Source: Octopus sinensis (taxonomy: Eukaryota). Taken from it: 64,000 nucleotides of DNA. Where the stretch lies: NCBI RefSeq assembly GCF_006345805.1, contig NC_043004.1, positions 38,936,001 through 39,000,000 of the forward strand, read 5' to 3'. Shown here in pieces: positions 37,334-50,230 of this stretch. The position numbers and the translations under genes were made by a program. The notes under the pieces are model-generated. The model was given only the letters and a program-made list of their open reading frames with translations. It did no database searches and was not told the DNA's origin. Within the stretch, counting starts at the first letter, position 1, and each line of letters opens with the position of its first letter.

Positions 37334-38954
37334 CCCATTTTTGTTGTAGTATGTATGTATATATTTGTAAGAAACATAAATTTTTGGAAGTTCGCTTGCT
37401 AGAACTCTCTACATTTTGCATCGAATCATTCCTCCCTATAAACTACTAAGTGTTGCACAAGACTATTATTTTGTTTATGAAAGAATTCGAAAAGCTTATA
37501 TGAATGTTTCTTTGTTTATTTGTACATTATTTTTAGTAGATTAACAACATAAGCAAAATCCCAGATTCTGCTGATGTCATTTTTACTTGATTTCCTTTCC
37601 AATCAATAGTGTAAAACATTTTTCAACATTCTCGTAGTTAAAAACGACAATTTTAACCATGACTACACTTTCAAAGGAATAAATATTTATTAGTTTTTTT
37701 TCTTTACCGTTCCAGTGATTATATTTCCCTGTGATTTATGCAATTCGATTACTGAATCGACTAGAGATTGAAAGAAATTACTGAATCAACTTATCTTGCT
37801 TGAAATAACACAAGAAATATATACATTCAACATTTTACATTTTATTTTGCGTTAGGATAGAGAAACATTGCATTTTCTGGTATTATAGGTTATTGATTCT
37901 TCCTTAGGTACATGATATTGTTTAGAAGATCGGTACTTTTTATGAAATCTTCCCCAGCGTATTACAGATATTGTTTCTACAGATGAGATGAAAGGGCACA
38001 GCCGGCTCTGATGTTACGTTAATATTTTTTTTAAATGTGAGATAAAATAAAACACAAAATTATGCTATTACGGCACTTTGCTTCCATTATCATTGCCACC
38101 AGTCTTCTATTTACAGTACATTCTGGAGAATGTTTGGTTAAGTTCGGTTGCTGAGAGGATTGCAAAAGAAATAAAAGTTAATGTTTCAGACTATGATATT
38201 TCTACAAATTATATGCAACTGTGTCTAGTGAAAGTGAGAAATTCGTTTTACATTAGAGAAGGAAGTGTCGTAAAGGAAAAGGGTAGAAGATAAGGGGTTG
38301 AATCAGAATTGAGTGAGGTGTGAAATATGAGACAAAAGATCAGAGAGTGAAGTGGACAAGGTGAGAGGTTATTATAGGATGATGGTGACACAGTCGATAG
38401 ATACGCTGACTAAAGAGATCATGGTTTGAGTAGCTTAGAAAAATATGTAGTTAGTATGAGAGTCATCTGTATATCGTACTACACCGAATGCTAAACAGCT
38501 GATGTATCGATAGTATGTTGGATTTTTCTAAATCTAATAAGTTAGCTAGAAACATTTTTAAGCAAATGATTTTAACCGAGCATAGAGTAAACAAAATTTC
38601 TACTTCAATTACAAAGTGTATAGGATAAATTAACGATTTTCCATGTCTCTCTCTTCAGGATCAGCATAATGTACTGTTGAACATTCAACGGTTTTGGGGA
38701 ACATAATGATTAAAGTTCTAGCTGGGAAAATGTTTGCTGACACGGGGGACAGGGAGCTATCTAAATCTTGGAAAAGTTACTTGTACTATGATGTTGATGT
38801 TTTGCGTTAAAAGGCTGACTGTATGGCTGCTGCACATTGCCTGTGAACTCTGTAAACGCTGCAACACGAGATCTTGACTCATGCAGCGGAAGCTACGAAG
38901 CAGTAGCCAGCAGGAAAGGATACAACTGCCGTTCTGATTGCGTTTGCACGCCGG

Positions 38955-39400
38955 AATTCATCAGAGTCATAGGCTCAGTTCAGATGGCTATGTGGAACTG
39001 CTACAGATTATGGTTAATCGCTGACTGGAGAGCGTCGTTTATGGCAGGCTATATTCGTGTGGTAGCAGTATTCAGTTCCTTGGTATATTTCCGGAGAAAG
39101 TCAGATTAGGTTTCCGAAGAATTTCCACGATTTCACCAACCTCAATGTTTGGCCTCTTAATCCCCTTTATTTTAATAACATGTCAACTGCTCTACCTGCA
39201 GCACCAAAGATCAAGGAAGTGTTCAAAGATTTTCGCACGGACACAGTGAGGAACGCACGCGCCCAGTTCTGCAGCTATGTTGAGGCTGTGGTGGAAGCTG
39301 AGCTTAGCGACTTTGAATAAACTATTATGTCCAAGCAATAATCTAGTTGATACATTTTAATTTTTAGAAATACTTTGTCTAGACTGAAATTAAAATCTTC
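38955..39400 (+). mobile_element. maT (DD37D)-like transposase relic
   Basis: LSSDGYVELL, VW*QYSVPW...DFTNLNVWPLN, and C-terminus DTVRNARAQFCSYVEAVVEAELSDFE* (stop about 39320); parallels the 48291-49138 element. Confidence 0.7.
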
Positions 39401-39854
39401 GCATGTAATCGACAAGCTGAAATATTAAATTCTATACTATATTGCTAGCTAGTCTTGAATAAGCTGATTAAATTAATGTGTTGAGATATTCCCGGTTTCC
39501 ATTGATCGAGAGAATGAAATGTAGAGAAGAAATATTAAGCAAAATAAAAACAATGAACAAACCTAATTAATCTACCGAGAGGTAAATATTTGTACTATAA
39601 ATACTATAGTAGTACAAGAAAGAAATGCCAAGTTTCTCTAATTAGATTGTTATCCTTTGGTACGAAGCATTTCTGACAACCAAATTCGAAGCGGATGTGA
39701 CCGATATTTTAATACGAATTGGAGTGAATGCAGACATTAAAAACCGCCAAGTTGATAAGTGTTTGTTTTATGTTTAACATTTACGGATCATATAAACGTT
39801 TGCAATTCTGATCTGCTCCTTCAACTTTATCTTCTTATCTGGTATAATAAAGTG

Positions 39855-40821
39855 GACTTCAACAAATTGTTGGGGCTCGTATGGTAGGCGCTAGCGTAAC
39901 GAAAACAGCCGAAATGTTTGGTGTGTCAAGAAGTACTGTCTCGAACGCAGTGACAGCCTTTGAGAGAGAGGGAAAATCTTGCACGTTGAAACAATACTCC
40001 GGAAGAAAACCAAAACTTCAGATAGGGACCGTCGAATTCTTACGCGAATTATTAGAAAAGATCACAAAAGTACAGCTTCCAAAATTACTACAGATGTTAA
40101 TGACCACCTCGAGAACCCAGTTTCCACAAAAACTGTTCGCCGGACAGTTAATACTTTCAAAAACAAACGTTGCAAAGCATTTAGAGTGCAGTAAAAAACT
40201 ATACAATCGGTCCCTAGAACAGTGGAAGATTGTTATTTTCTCGGACATGTCATCCTTTACCATATTTCCGACCACCAGCCGAATATACGTGTGGAGACAG
40301 CCAAAAGAAGCATTTGACCCAGACTGCTTTCTTCCAACTGTTAAACACGAAGAAGGATCTGTGGTGATCTGGGGGGCTATATCTTGGAAATCCGCCTGTC
40401 CAATGGTTTCTCTCCGTGGCAGAATTAACAGTCAAGACTGTTAAAGTATTTTATCTGATCAAACTCATTCTATAGTTGTGAAACTGTTTCCAGAGGCAAA
40501 TGCAATCTTCAAGATGATAATGCACCACTTCACACAGCTAAAATTGTTACTGAATAGCACGAGGAACATTCTAGTGAAGTTGAACATCTTATCTGGCCGC
40601 TACAGTCCCAATATCTCAGTGTTATTGAACATTTATGGAGCATTTTAGAAAACCAATAATGAGTCGATATCCTCCACCATCATCACTACAAGAACTGGAG
40701 ACTGTTTTAGCTGAAGAATGGACAAAAAATTCCTTTGGAAACAATTCAAACTTTGTACGAAACCATATCTCGTAGAATTCATATTGTAATTACTGCCAGA
40801 GGCGGTCCTACCTCATATTAA
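39855..40821 (+). mobile_element. Tc1-type transposase pseudogene with DD36E spacing
   Basis: HTH region MVGASVTKTAEMFGVSRSTVS, GRKPKL, VIFSD, PTVKHEEGSVVIWG, then QDDNAPLHTA...WPLQSQYLSVIEHLW with 36 residues between D (40516) and E (40627); ends GGPTSY* at 40821; frameshifts and stops. Confidence 0.9.
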
Positions 40822-40835
40822 AATAAATTTGCTTG

Positions 40836-40872
40836 ATAGATTGATAGATAGCTAGCTAGCTAGCTAGCTAGC

Positions 40873-40954
<82 letters not shown>

Positions 40955-40981
40955 TAGATAGATAGATCGATAGATACATTT

Positions 40982-41057
<76 letters not shown>

Positions 41058-41105
41058 TATATATAGATAAAGAGAGAGAGGGAGATAAAGAGAGAGAGAG
41101 AGAGA
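40836..41105. repeat. (CTAG)n/(GATA)n/(TA)n/(GA)n microsatellite
   Basis: Direct reading. Confidence 0.95.
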
Positions 41106-43231
41106 GAAATATATGGACAGATAGATATGGATATATATCTATATCGAATACAACTAGGAAGTATACACCATAGAACAGCGATGAGGAAACTGACGTAGGG
41201 AGTGAGATCTGCGTCAACACGCGATTGGTTGTCATTTCAACTCATTAAGCTGGAATATTGCGAAATCAATTGTCTTTCTCAAAAGTACAACGACCCTCGC
41301 ATTCTTAAAATCGAAACCTTTGAACTTGTGATCGTTTGTTTGCATATCTAGCCATTAGGCCCCAGCTAGGTATCTAATCACCCTCTCTCAGGATAAAAGT
41401 TATTGATTATATCGCTGGAGGTTATATTAAGAATGAGAAAACGCATATTGGAACACGATGACTAGGCTGCGCTCTGCTGCTTTTACTCTGAAAATTACCT
41501 GGGAAAGATATTTACAGGACGTGCCGCAATGAAATAATCTCCCAAGAGCAACCAGCAACTAAAAGGTTATCAGCAGAAACAGCAGTAGTAGCAACAGCAG
41601 CAGTAGTAGCAGCAGCAGCAACAGCAACGAGACCACCGGTATTATCTTTATTATTTTTAATCATCATTACCACCATTATCATCGTCAGATACCCTCCTGT
41701 AATATTACAAGTGGTTTTAATTACAACAATATTAAAGAAAAACCATTTTATTGTGACTTCATATTTGGATGGAAGCAAATGAATCTTGTTTTGGCGTTTG
41801 TGTTTTAGGGCATGCCTTTTCATAAGCCTTATATTATTGTGTTATTTTGAGGTATGCAAAATATCTGTGTGCGTGTGTGCGTGTGTGTGTGTGTGTTTGT
41901 GTGTGTGTGTGCGCGTGTGCGTTTGTGCATGTGTGTGTTCTGATGAAATATTTACTGTGTCTATACGCGCATCTTTAGTGTATTTGTTTCTACCGTTCGA
42001 TGTTTGTGTTCTTGTATAATTTTTGTGTGTCTATGTATACTCTGTGTGTGTGTGTGGGGGGGGGTATTGTGCTTATCTGCAGATGTATTTCTGTGAACCC
42101 ATTGTTATGGATATGCTTTTATGCCTTTACATATCAGTGATAACGTGGCGGTTGTTGCTATGTGAATCTATTAAAAAAGGAGGATGCGATTTTTTTTTCT
42201 TTTTTGGCCTTAGTCATATCTTAAAAGCATATCGGAGATCATATTTTATTAAATTATTGAACATTAAGTTATTTGGCAAGGCTCACAGGATTCCTTTAAA
42301 CGAGAGTTCACTTAACTGTAAAGAAATCCATTATTTGGGTCTCATTTTTACTCTTATTTATATATTGTGATGATTTCTAAGAGGTACCAACGTATGCGAC
42401 GATATGAATAGATCAATTCTGTAAACATATTCAATATTGTTTTGATACTTCCTAATCGATAGGCTTTCGAGATTGTGATGGTTGCAGAGTGCTTTTACTT
42501 GTATATAACTTGGGATTTTATCTAAGAGTAACTAATTTTACAAGAGGTACAATACAATTTTTCCCTAAATACAGAGAGCTGCTAAAAATCTTGTATCTTT
42601 TTGGTGGTTTAAGTTATACTTCAGTTTATAAATAAAGGATACTAACATGGTCTGCACGTTGGTTTTCAACATTTTCATAAACTTTACGGTATGTTATACA
42701 TTAAATTTTTTATCACTTCTTTAGCCACGATGGATTCTTAAAAGACGAAAACCTATTTCGTTTATCACTGTTTAGACAGATGCAATATAGAGGATTACTC
42801 CATGCGGTCCTTCTTCTCGCTTGTAAGTAGGTTTCGTGTGTGCCTATAATATTTGATAGTTTCTTTGGAACCAAAGTTTTAGCGTATATTAATCATTCTG
42901 CACAATGATAATTCGCCATACGGACTGTCGAGAATTATTTATTTTAATGGTTTCTAACATTTCAGGATTTCTAAAAATCATATGAAGGTATTTTGGATAA
43001 CTCATTTAATTTTATGTACGATGCTAAAGTTGAATATTACATCCAATGAATTAAACATTTGAGATTTCTATCTATCACAGGCTAACTTCGTTATAGGGAG
43101 CATTTATATAGTCCTCACTTAGTTTATATGCCTGTTGCCCTTTTCTTTTCTTGGGAATTAATCGTCTCTATATAAAGTGTTCCTCTAACTAAAGGGAAAT
43201 TATTGTGAATTAAGTGTGAACTGTATATTAC

Positions 43232-43432
43232 AAATAGGGAGAGTTTACGAAAAAAACAAAAGACGAAGACAGGTGGTGTACAAAACAAACAGATTTATTA
43301 CTATAACGCTCAGGAATAGAAAAGTCCTTTACGTTTCGAGCCTGCGCTCTTCTACACAAAGGGACAGAAAAAAACAAGGAGAGAAACAAGGAGAGAAAAA
43401 ATGTATGTAGTGGCTAACGATCTATCATGGCG
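43232..43432 (-). mobile_element. About 200-bp interspersed element with hammerhead-like motif
   Basis: Reverse-complement homolog of 47876-48066; carries GTGTAGA A GAGC GCAG GCTC GAAA CG TA at 43324-43365. Confidence 0.75.
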
Positions 43433-43699
43433 ACGACTATTCCAAATAGTTTTAACTAGTCCGCGGAATTTCCGACAGCGGTTCTTACATCAAAGTCAGA
43501 TCTAAAATATCCACTCATCCACTTGCTGCCATGAAAGAGGATAATCGATTTCCTGATTATCTAGCATACATTATTATGTGAACTGTGGTGTGCAATTTTC
43601 CAAATTCTCGGGTCTTTAGGAATAGATAGTTACTGATGGCTGTTGTTTGAGACAAAACGCTAATAAAGGACTACGTGTCTTCACTAGTCAGTTAAGGTG

Positions 43700-44168
43700 A
43701 GACAGTGTCACATGACAACTTGTCGGGGCTGCCTGCTGGAGTCTTGCGGTAGGTATTTAAAGGGAAAAATTAGACAAATCAGTCAGTCACCAGCTGACAC
43801 TCGCTGACGATACATCGAAGAGGCCAGGGAACAGAAGAAAGAAGACATGCACCCAACACCAGAGCTGAAGACACCTCCGGAAGAGGGGGCCCCGCCATGT
43901 CACAACGGTACAGGAGTAGGGGCCAAAACCGGACGTGGTTCCTCCCGATGATGTCTTGAGCTAACTGGATCCTATACAGGAGCTGTTGTGGTAGCAGACC
44001 ACGAAACAAGGTTGTAATTCCTCATTAGTGAGTTTCTAAATATGATTTTAACTGATTTCTTCTACTTCAATTTTTGCTGGTTTCATGTGTCTGATTATGT
44101 GATCATTCCTGCCACCTTTAATAAAGTTCACATAGTCGTCAACGCAACGAGGCCTCTACCGTTATACA
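43700..44168 (+). mobile_element. Possible solo LTR
   Basis: GC-richer island with TATTTAAA (43754), AATAAA (44120) and a 3' end in gttataCA; 5' TG boundary and TSD not identified. Confidence 0.3.
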
Positions 44169-44578
44169 AAATACACACATACACAACAGATAATCAGAGC
44201 AACAATCAAAACACACATATACATGCACATACGTATGAGACATTCAATCATATCATAATCATTAAAACAGAAAAGCACGTCTACATACACGTCTGTCAAA
44301 CACTTCAAACACATGCACATGTACACACACACACACAGAGAGGCATATACATAATACAATATCTAAAGCAACACGCAGACACAGAAACACTGTAAATATA
44401 ACGACTAATGAGAACATAGCAAACATCTGAAACCGAGGACAAGAAAGAAACTGCTTGCATTCATTTTATTTTAAAGCAATACGTCAAGCTGGTAGAAAGA
44501 ATTTTACACAAAGAGCCATTTTCTGCCGAAACTAGTACTTTTCATCAACAATAGAATATCCACATAATGATGATGATA

Positions 44579-44610
<32 letters not shown>

Positions 44611-44701
44611 TTGATGATGATGATGATGCTGATGATGATGATTATTATTATTATGATTATTATTATTATTATTATTATGATTATGATTATGATTATTATT
44701 A

Positions 44702-44744
<43 letters not shown>

Positions 44745-45856
44745 GACTATTTTGGAATCTGTTATTTACTTTTCTTGCTTAGTATAGCTTTTATTTCTAT
44801 ACATATGCACACATATGCGTACGGATGTTATATATATATATGAGTGAGTCTGTGAGACAATGTACATTTATCTACGCTAATTTTTCAGTACAGTTCCATT
44901 ATGTACTATAAAATTCAGATATACTGAATTCCTGGAAGTACTTCAGATATTTCCAATTAATAAAAAAATAATAATAAAGAAGCACTCATTCACTTGTAAT
45001 AGATTTACGTCTCAGACACATTGCAATCTCTCATTCATAGGTTAGTAGTTCATGTAATATCGGTTTCTTTCAGAGAGCAATTCGTCTGTACTTGACGAAT
45101 AATTCTATTGAAGAAATCTCCACGCAGCACTAATGCCAGCTTTCATGAAAGAGACGTACGTTTCAACATTTTAAACCATTGATAGTAAATAAGAATAAGT
45201 CTACCATATTTGAAATAATCAACTTGTATTCCTCTCGGTTTTTCGCAGCTCAGCAGTTGGTGAATATAACGTATTAAGAAACGAAATCGATAGACGTTGT
45301 TGGAGAATGATGATCATTATAGTATCACCATAGATACTGATCGCATCAATGTATAATGCTAGTACAGGCAGCATTGTTGGTTCTATCTTTCATGTTTCAA
45401 AGTATTCCTTTCGGTTTCCTGTCCAATTGTCTCTCTTTTGTCTGGTTTAGTCACAGGAGAAAGGGCAGCACAACAGTTATGCGTAAATTACAAACTCGTA
45501 CAGACTGGTGGTTGGGGAACGAAACTTCATTTTATTAATTCGTTGCTTATCAACCGACGGGAGTCCTTGCGCAAATAATTACAACGTGAAGAACTCTGCT
45601 AAAGGAACACAATTATGACTTCAACTTGTCAAACTAAGATTTTTTTCTCTTATGAGGTTTTTCACGCTAACTACCTGATAATTTCTTATTAAGATTTCTT
45701 ATTAAGATTTTATCCTTAATTGTTAAATTTGCTCCGATGAAACACGTTTCTACCCGAAATGCAGTTCGAAAAAGCCCGCCATTTACATGAATATATGACG
45801 AATAAACACTTCCATGTACTACGGTAGAGGCGACGGTTGCCTGTTCGGTTCCGCTA

Positions 45857-46028
45857 GGTATATTGGTTTTGTTTATTTTTTATGTGTTCTGAATATGTTT
45901 CACTGATGAACAAAAGACGTAGATAATACGTTAATTGCGAAAGGTATATTGGTTTTGTTTATTTTTTATGTGTTCTGAATATGTTTCACTGATGAACAAA
46001 AGACGTAGATAATACGTTAATTGCGAAA
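45857..46028 (+). repeat. Exact 86-bp tandem duplication
   Basis: Units 45857-45942 and 45943-46028 are identical by eye. Confidence 0.93.
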
Positions 46029-46046
46029 TCACAAGTGATCTGGAAC
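45983..46046 (+). ncRNA. Type I hammerhead with A10.1-C11.1 mismatch
   Basis: GTTTCA CTGATGA ACAA AAG ACGTA GATAA TACGT TAA TTGC GAAA TCAC AA GTGA TC TGGAAC; stem I 6 bp, AUC cleavage triplet. Confidence 0.68.
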
Positions 46047-46166
46047 TAAATTCTTTTCTAAATGTCTTGCTTCGAGAGCTGCATTCGGTACGATTCGTTT
46101 ATTTTTGGTAGAAATGACTTTGAAAGTCCCTCCTAGCGTGTGGCATTTATGTGTAATAATGCCCTC

Positions 46167-46244
<78 letters not shown>

Positions 46245-47875
46245 TAGATATAGTTAGACATCACCAAAGAAAAGTTTGACCTTTTCTCTACAATGTCTAC
46301 TTTTCTACATTTAATAATATGAATTAACTGAAGACGAGACTTTGGTTGACGACAGCTGTCCAAGAAGCAGTGGAGTGGAATGGAATCCTGAAACACGTAT
46401 CAGAAAACTGATCGTGATAGACACACAACTAAGTGCAGGTTCTTATATGAAAGAATTGGTTATGGTCACCTTCGAACCTAATACCTGAAAGTCATGAAAA
46501 TTTGTTTGAAAGTAGATTCATGACATATAAGTAAAGATTAATACCTCTAGTGCACATGAAGATGGGGACATTTATTTTAAATTAATAAGTATATATCAGA
46601 AATATATAAGAATATCAACTTTTTTTAAAGAACCCAACATAAAATAAATAGCAGTTTTAATGTACCTAGTTACATACTCTCTCAAAATACATCACTTCGT
46701 CATTCTTATCAGTTACTCAGTTCCTACGCAGTATGGTATATACTTCTGTATATTACCTACGCCACCTTTGCATCCTTATCCGCGCTTCGCTCCCATCTCC
46801 TTTTGCAGTCGGGAAATGCATTCTGATTAAAATCGGAAATCTTCCAAGAAAGATTTTTTTTATTAATTAGACGATGAGTCTATCTAGAAACGTGTGTTTT
46901 TTTTTCTCCCCCATGGCATACCTACTTATCCAATATCACACTCGTACCAAAGAGATATATGGTTGTTTTTCTTTTCCTCATTTAATACATATAAACATGT
47001 ACATCACATACAGAAATCCATTCGCTCTTATATACATATATGAGCGTATGTGTGTATAGATATCGACGTGTTCGTCTGTGTCTGACTGCGTGTTTCTGAG
47101 CATGAATACAAATATACATGCACATGTAAATATACCGATGGATTATAAATTTCAATACGCATGAGCGCGTTTGTGTGTCTATATTTATGCATAAATATAT
47201 GTAAGCGTTAGTATGTGCACATGCTCATGTGCGTGTGGCACATATATGTAAACGGTGTTCTGCAAATTCATGTAAAAAAGAAAAACAAGAATTCAATGAA
47301 AGTTGCACGAACCTTTCATCTTTTTGGTCGTATCGGTTTAATTACAATTTTACCATAAAACGTCTGACAATATTCAGAGAAACGCTCTGATCAAATAGCT
47401 ACTACACAGACAGATCTAAATACTGTTTTAGAAAACTAAAGTATATATTTTGGTTCTAGCAATAGTAGAGATCAAATTGTGTCTTCAGATGTTATGTAAG
47501 GAAATCAAAAATAGCTTTCACATTCATTATCTCTAGCTTGAACTACTGACGTTTTAGCTTCCTTTTTGTGTTTTTCATGATTAGTAAACCAAAATTACAC
47601 TTTCTATATATGTTTATATATCTGAAACAGAATCACGAAACTTTTCGAGATATGTAGAAGCTTGTACAGGTTTAAGTATGGTTTTAGGACTTAAGTTAGA
47701 GTAGTAGATATTGACGAATCGATTCTCAATAGATATTCAAAATTTGCATCCACCATCGTTTTCTATCTCGTTTCTCATTTCATAATATCCTTTCCCATGT
47801 CTAGTTTATCTAAATATGCTATTAAACATCTGTATATGTATGTGATTAAATATATATCTACATATTTATATATGC

Positions 47876-48066
47876 CGCCATGATAGATCGTTAGCCACTA
47901 CACACCTTTTTTTCTCTCCTTGTTTTTTATGTGTCCCTTTCTGTAGAAGAGCGTAGGCTCGAAACGTAAAATACATTCACTATTCCTGAGCCGTATACTA
48001 ATACACATGCTTGTTTTGTACACCACCTGTCTTCGTCTTTTGTTTTTTTCGTAAACTCTCCCTATA
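47876..48066 (+). mobile_element. Second copy of the 200-bp hammerhead-like element, next to (TA)n
   Basis: CCTTT CTGTAGA A GAGC GTAG GCTC GAAA CG TA AAA at 47936-47971; (TA)n follows at 48067-48168. Confidence 0.75.
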
Positions 48067-48094
48067 TTTATATATGTAGATATATATGTATATA

Positions 48095-48158
<64 letters not shown>

Positions 48159-48290
48159 ATATATATATTCGCAACATTCTGCTGTTTCTCTCCCAAAACA
48201 TTTTCAACCGAATATTCACATGATATTATTCATAACTTACTGCGTTTTGTAATTCGAGCTCGTCCAGTATTCAAAAAAATAATATCCATA

Positions 48291-49138
48291 ATGGGTGCAA
48301 TGGGTAAATTGTCGCCATTTTATAATCTTTCTATTTTGCCCATGTGCATTGTTTATTCTTGATTTTGTCGACAACACAGTATAGTAGAGTCAGTTGGGCA
48401 TCGTCTGTGAGGACCACACAACCAGGGCGCAATTCACTTTGCCAGAAATTTGGAAACGACATGCTATGCTTCTTGGAATTCGCGCCGTAAGCTCCTATAC
48501 GAACATTTCAGAGTGTTTGGGTGTCAATCTGAGAACAGTGCAATCTATGGACATGTACCGAGAGAGATAAAAATCAACATCCAGTCAATATCATGGTATT
48601 TGGAGTGATCACCAGTGATGGAGACTTTATGCCTACATTCATCTTTCCACACGGTCTCAAACTAAATCAAGTGCCTGGAGGAGGTACAGCTGTCCTGGGT
48701 CAAGTGCGAGGCTGCTGGAAGACCCTATGTTTGGCAACATGACTCTGCACCATGCTACACAATCAGGAGAATTCAGTCATAGCTGTCAGACAATTTCTGC
48801 GACTATATTACCTCTAACATCTGGCCACCTCACTCCCTTGGCTGCATCCCTGTTGATTATTATGTGCGTGTCGGAGTCGAGTAAGAGACCAACAAAACAG
48901 TCCAAAGATGAACTGAAGGCAAGGATTGTGGCAGCAAACACTAACTTAAACGAGGAAACTGTTCAGAAGAGTTGCAGGAGATTCCGAAGTTGTCTGGAGG
49001 TATAATTCAATAGATTTACTCATTAATATTTCGAGATATTTTTATGTAATTTTAGTAAATATATCTGTTAGTATGAGATGTCATTGTTATTTTTATTTTT
49101 GCGTAGTTTAGACGACAATTCATTCACTGCACTCGGCA
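48291..49138 (+). mobile_element. Internally deleted maT/DD37D transposon with degenerate TIRs
   Basis: HPVNIMVFGVITSDG, GRPYVWQHDSAPC...NIWPPHSLGCIPVDY with 37 residues between the two D. Left end gggtgcaatgggtaaattgtcgcc matches the reverse complement of the right end at 18/24; TA on both flanks. Confidence 0.85.
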
Positions 49139-49149
49139 TATATATAAAC

Positions 49150-49338
49150 AGGAAGAAAGAGTGAGAGAAAGTTGGGGTGAAAGAGTACAACAGGGGTCGC
49201 TACCAACCCCTGCCGGAACCTCGTGGAGCTTTAGGTGTTTTCGCACAATAAACACACACAACACCCTGTCTGAGAATCGAAACCGCAATCCTCCGACCGC
49301 GAGTCCGCTGCTCTAACCACTGGGCTATTGTACCTCCA
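49150..49338 (-). mobile_element. tRNA-derived SINE, same family as 16906-17211
   Basis: Head tggaggtacaatagcccagtggttagagcagcggactcgcggtcggaggattgcggtttcgattc; body aaaacacctaaagctccacgaggt. Confidence 0.82.
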
Positions 49339-49943
49339 TATGTTTACATACTCACACATATATGCATGTACGTATATATACACACGCATAGGTTAATATT
49401 TAGACAGAAAACAGAACGAGAAAGTGGGAAACCAAAATATGAAACTTGACAGTTATAGCTGAATGATTTAACACTCGTTTTTTACAGGCATAAATCATTG
49501 AATTGATATAAACCGCATTCAAATTCCAGTTGAAGGGCCACAAAAATCTACGTAATCCAGTCTGACATATCGTTATCATCTGCATCTATTATCAGGTTTT
49601 TTTCTGTGTCAATATGGTAGTGAGAACAAATATACATATCGACTAATGCAGGCAAGCTTTATTGGATGGATTCCAGCAACCAGCCAGAGCTTAACACCAC
49701 AAAACACTCATTTATCAAATACATGTAAAGACTTCCAGCAGGGGAATTGCGGTTTACTTATATCTGAAATATATGGCAATTGGTAATATTTAGTGCAATG
49801 CATATATAATAGGTTCTGCGGAACCCCAAACGCACAGAGATACATATAGATGACAAGTTTAAATGCAGCCTTATATATATATATATATATATATGTATAT
49901 AAGTATATGAAAGAATGGAGTTGAACGACTAGTTAACAAATAT

Positions 49944-50038
49944 CCTTTATTTTCGACATATGTTTCGAAGGCTGCATATTCCTAATTCCGAAGGAATAAG
50001 GAGTACGTTATGCAGATTTCTCATCAGTAAAATCAAGG
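49944..50038 (-). ncRNA. Type I hammerhead ribozyme, canonical core, GUC site
   Basis: Minus strand CCTTGATTTTA CTGATGA GAAATCTGCATA...TATGCAGCCTTC GAAA CATATG TC GAAAATAAAGG; palindromic ACATATGT; first stem I pair is A-G. Confidence 0.8.
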
Positions 50039-50160
50039 AACTTATGTCGACATCAAATTGCACAAAAAACTTTTCGCTGACCGCTCTCAAGGAGCCAATG
50101 GCGATAAGGGTATCGGTTATCTTTCGAATTATCCTTAATAAGATAATTCATTCAACTACT

Positions 50161-50230
<70 letters not shown>

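Noticed and set aside
45275-45300. GAAA-TCGA-TA motif
   Set aside because: No upstream CUGAnGA or stem II.
45857-46028. Possible CRISPR-like repeat
   Set aside because: Two adjacent 86-bp units with no spacer; eukaryotic context.
50105-50155. Possible second hammerhead upstream of the 49944 ribozyme (GAATTATC/GATAATTC hairpin then GAAA)
   Set aside because: No valid core spacing, no stem III or stem I, and no similarity to the downstream ribozyme, so a two-ribozyme monomer is not supported.
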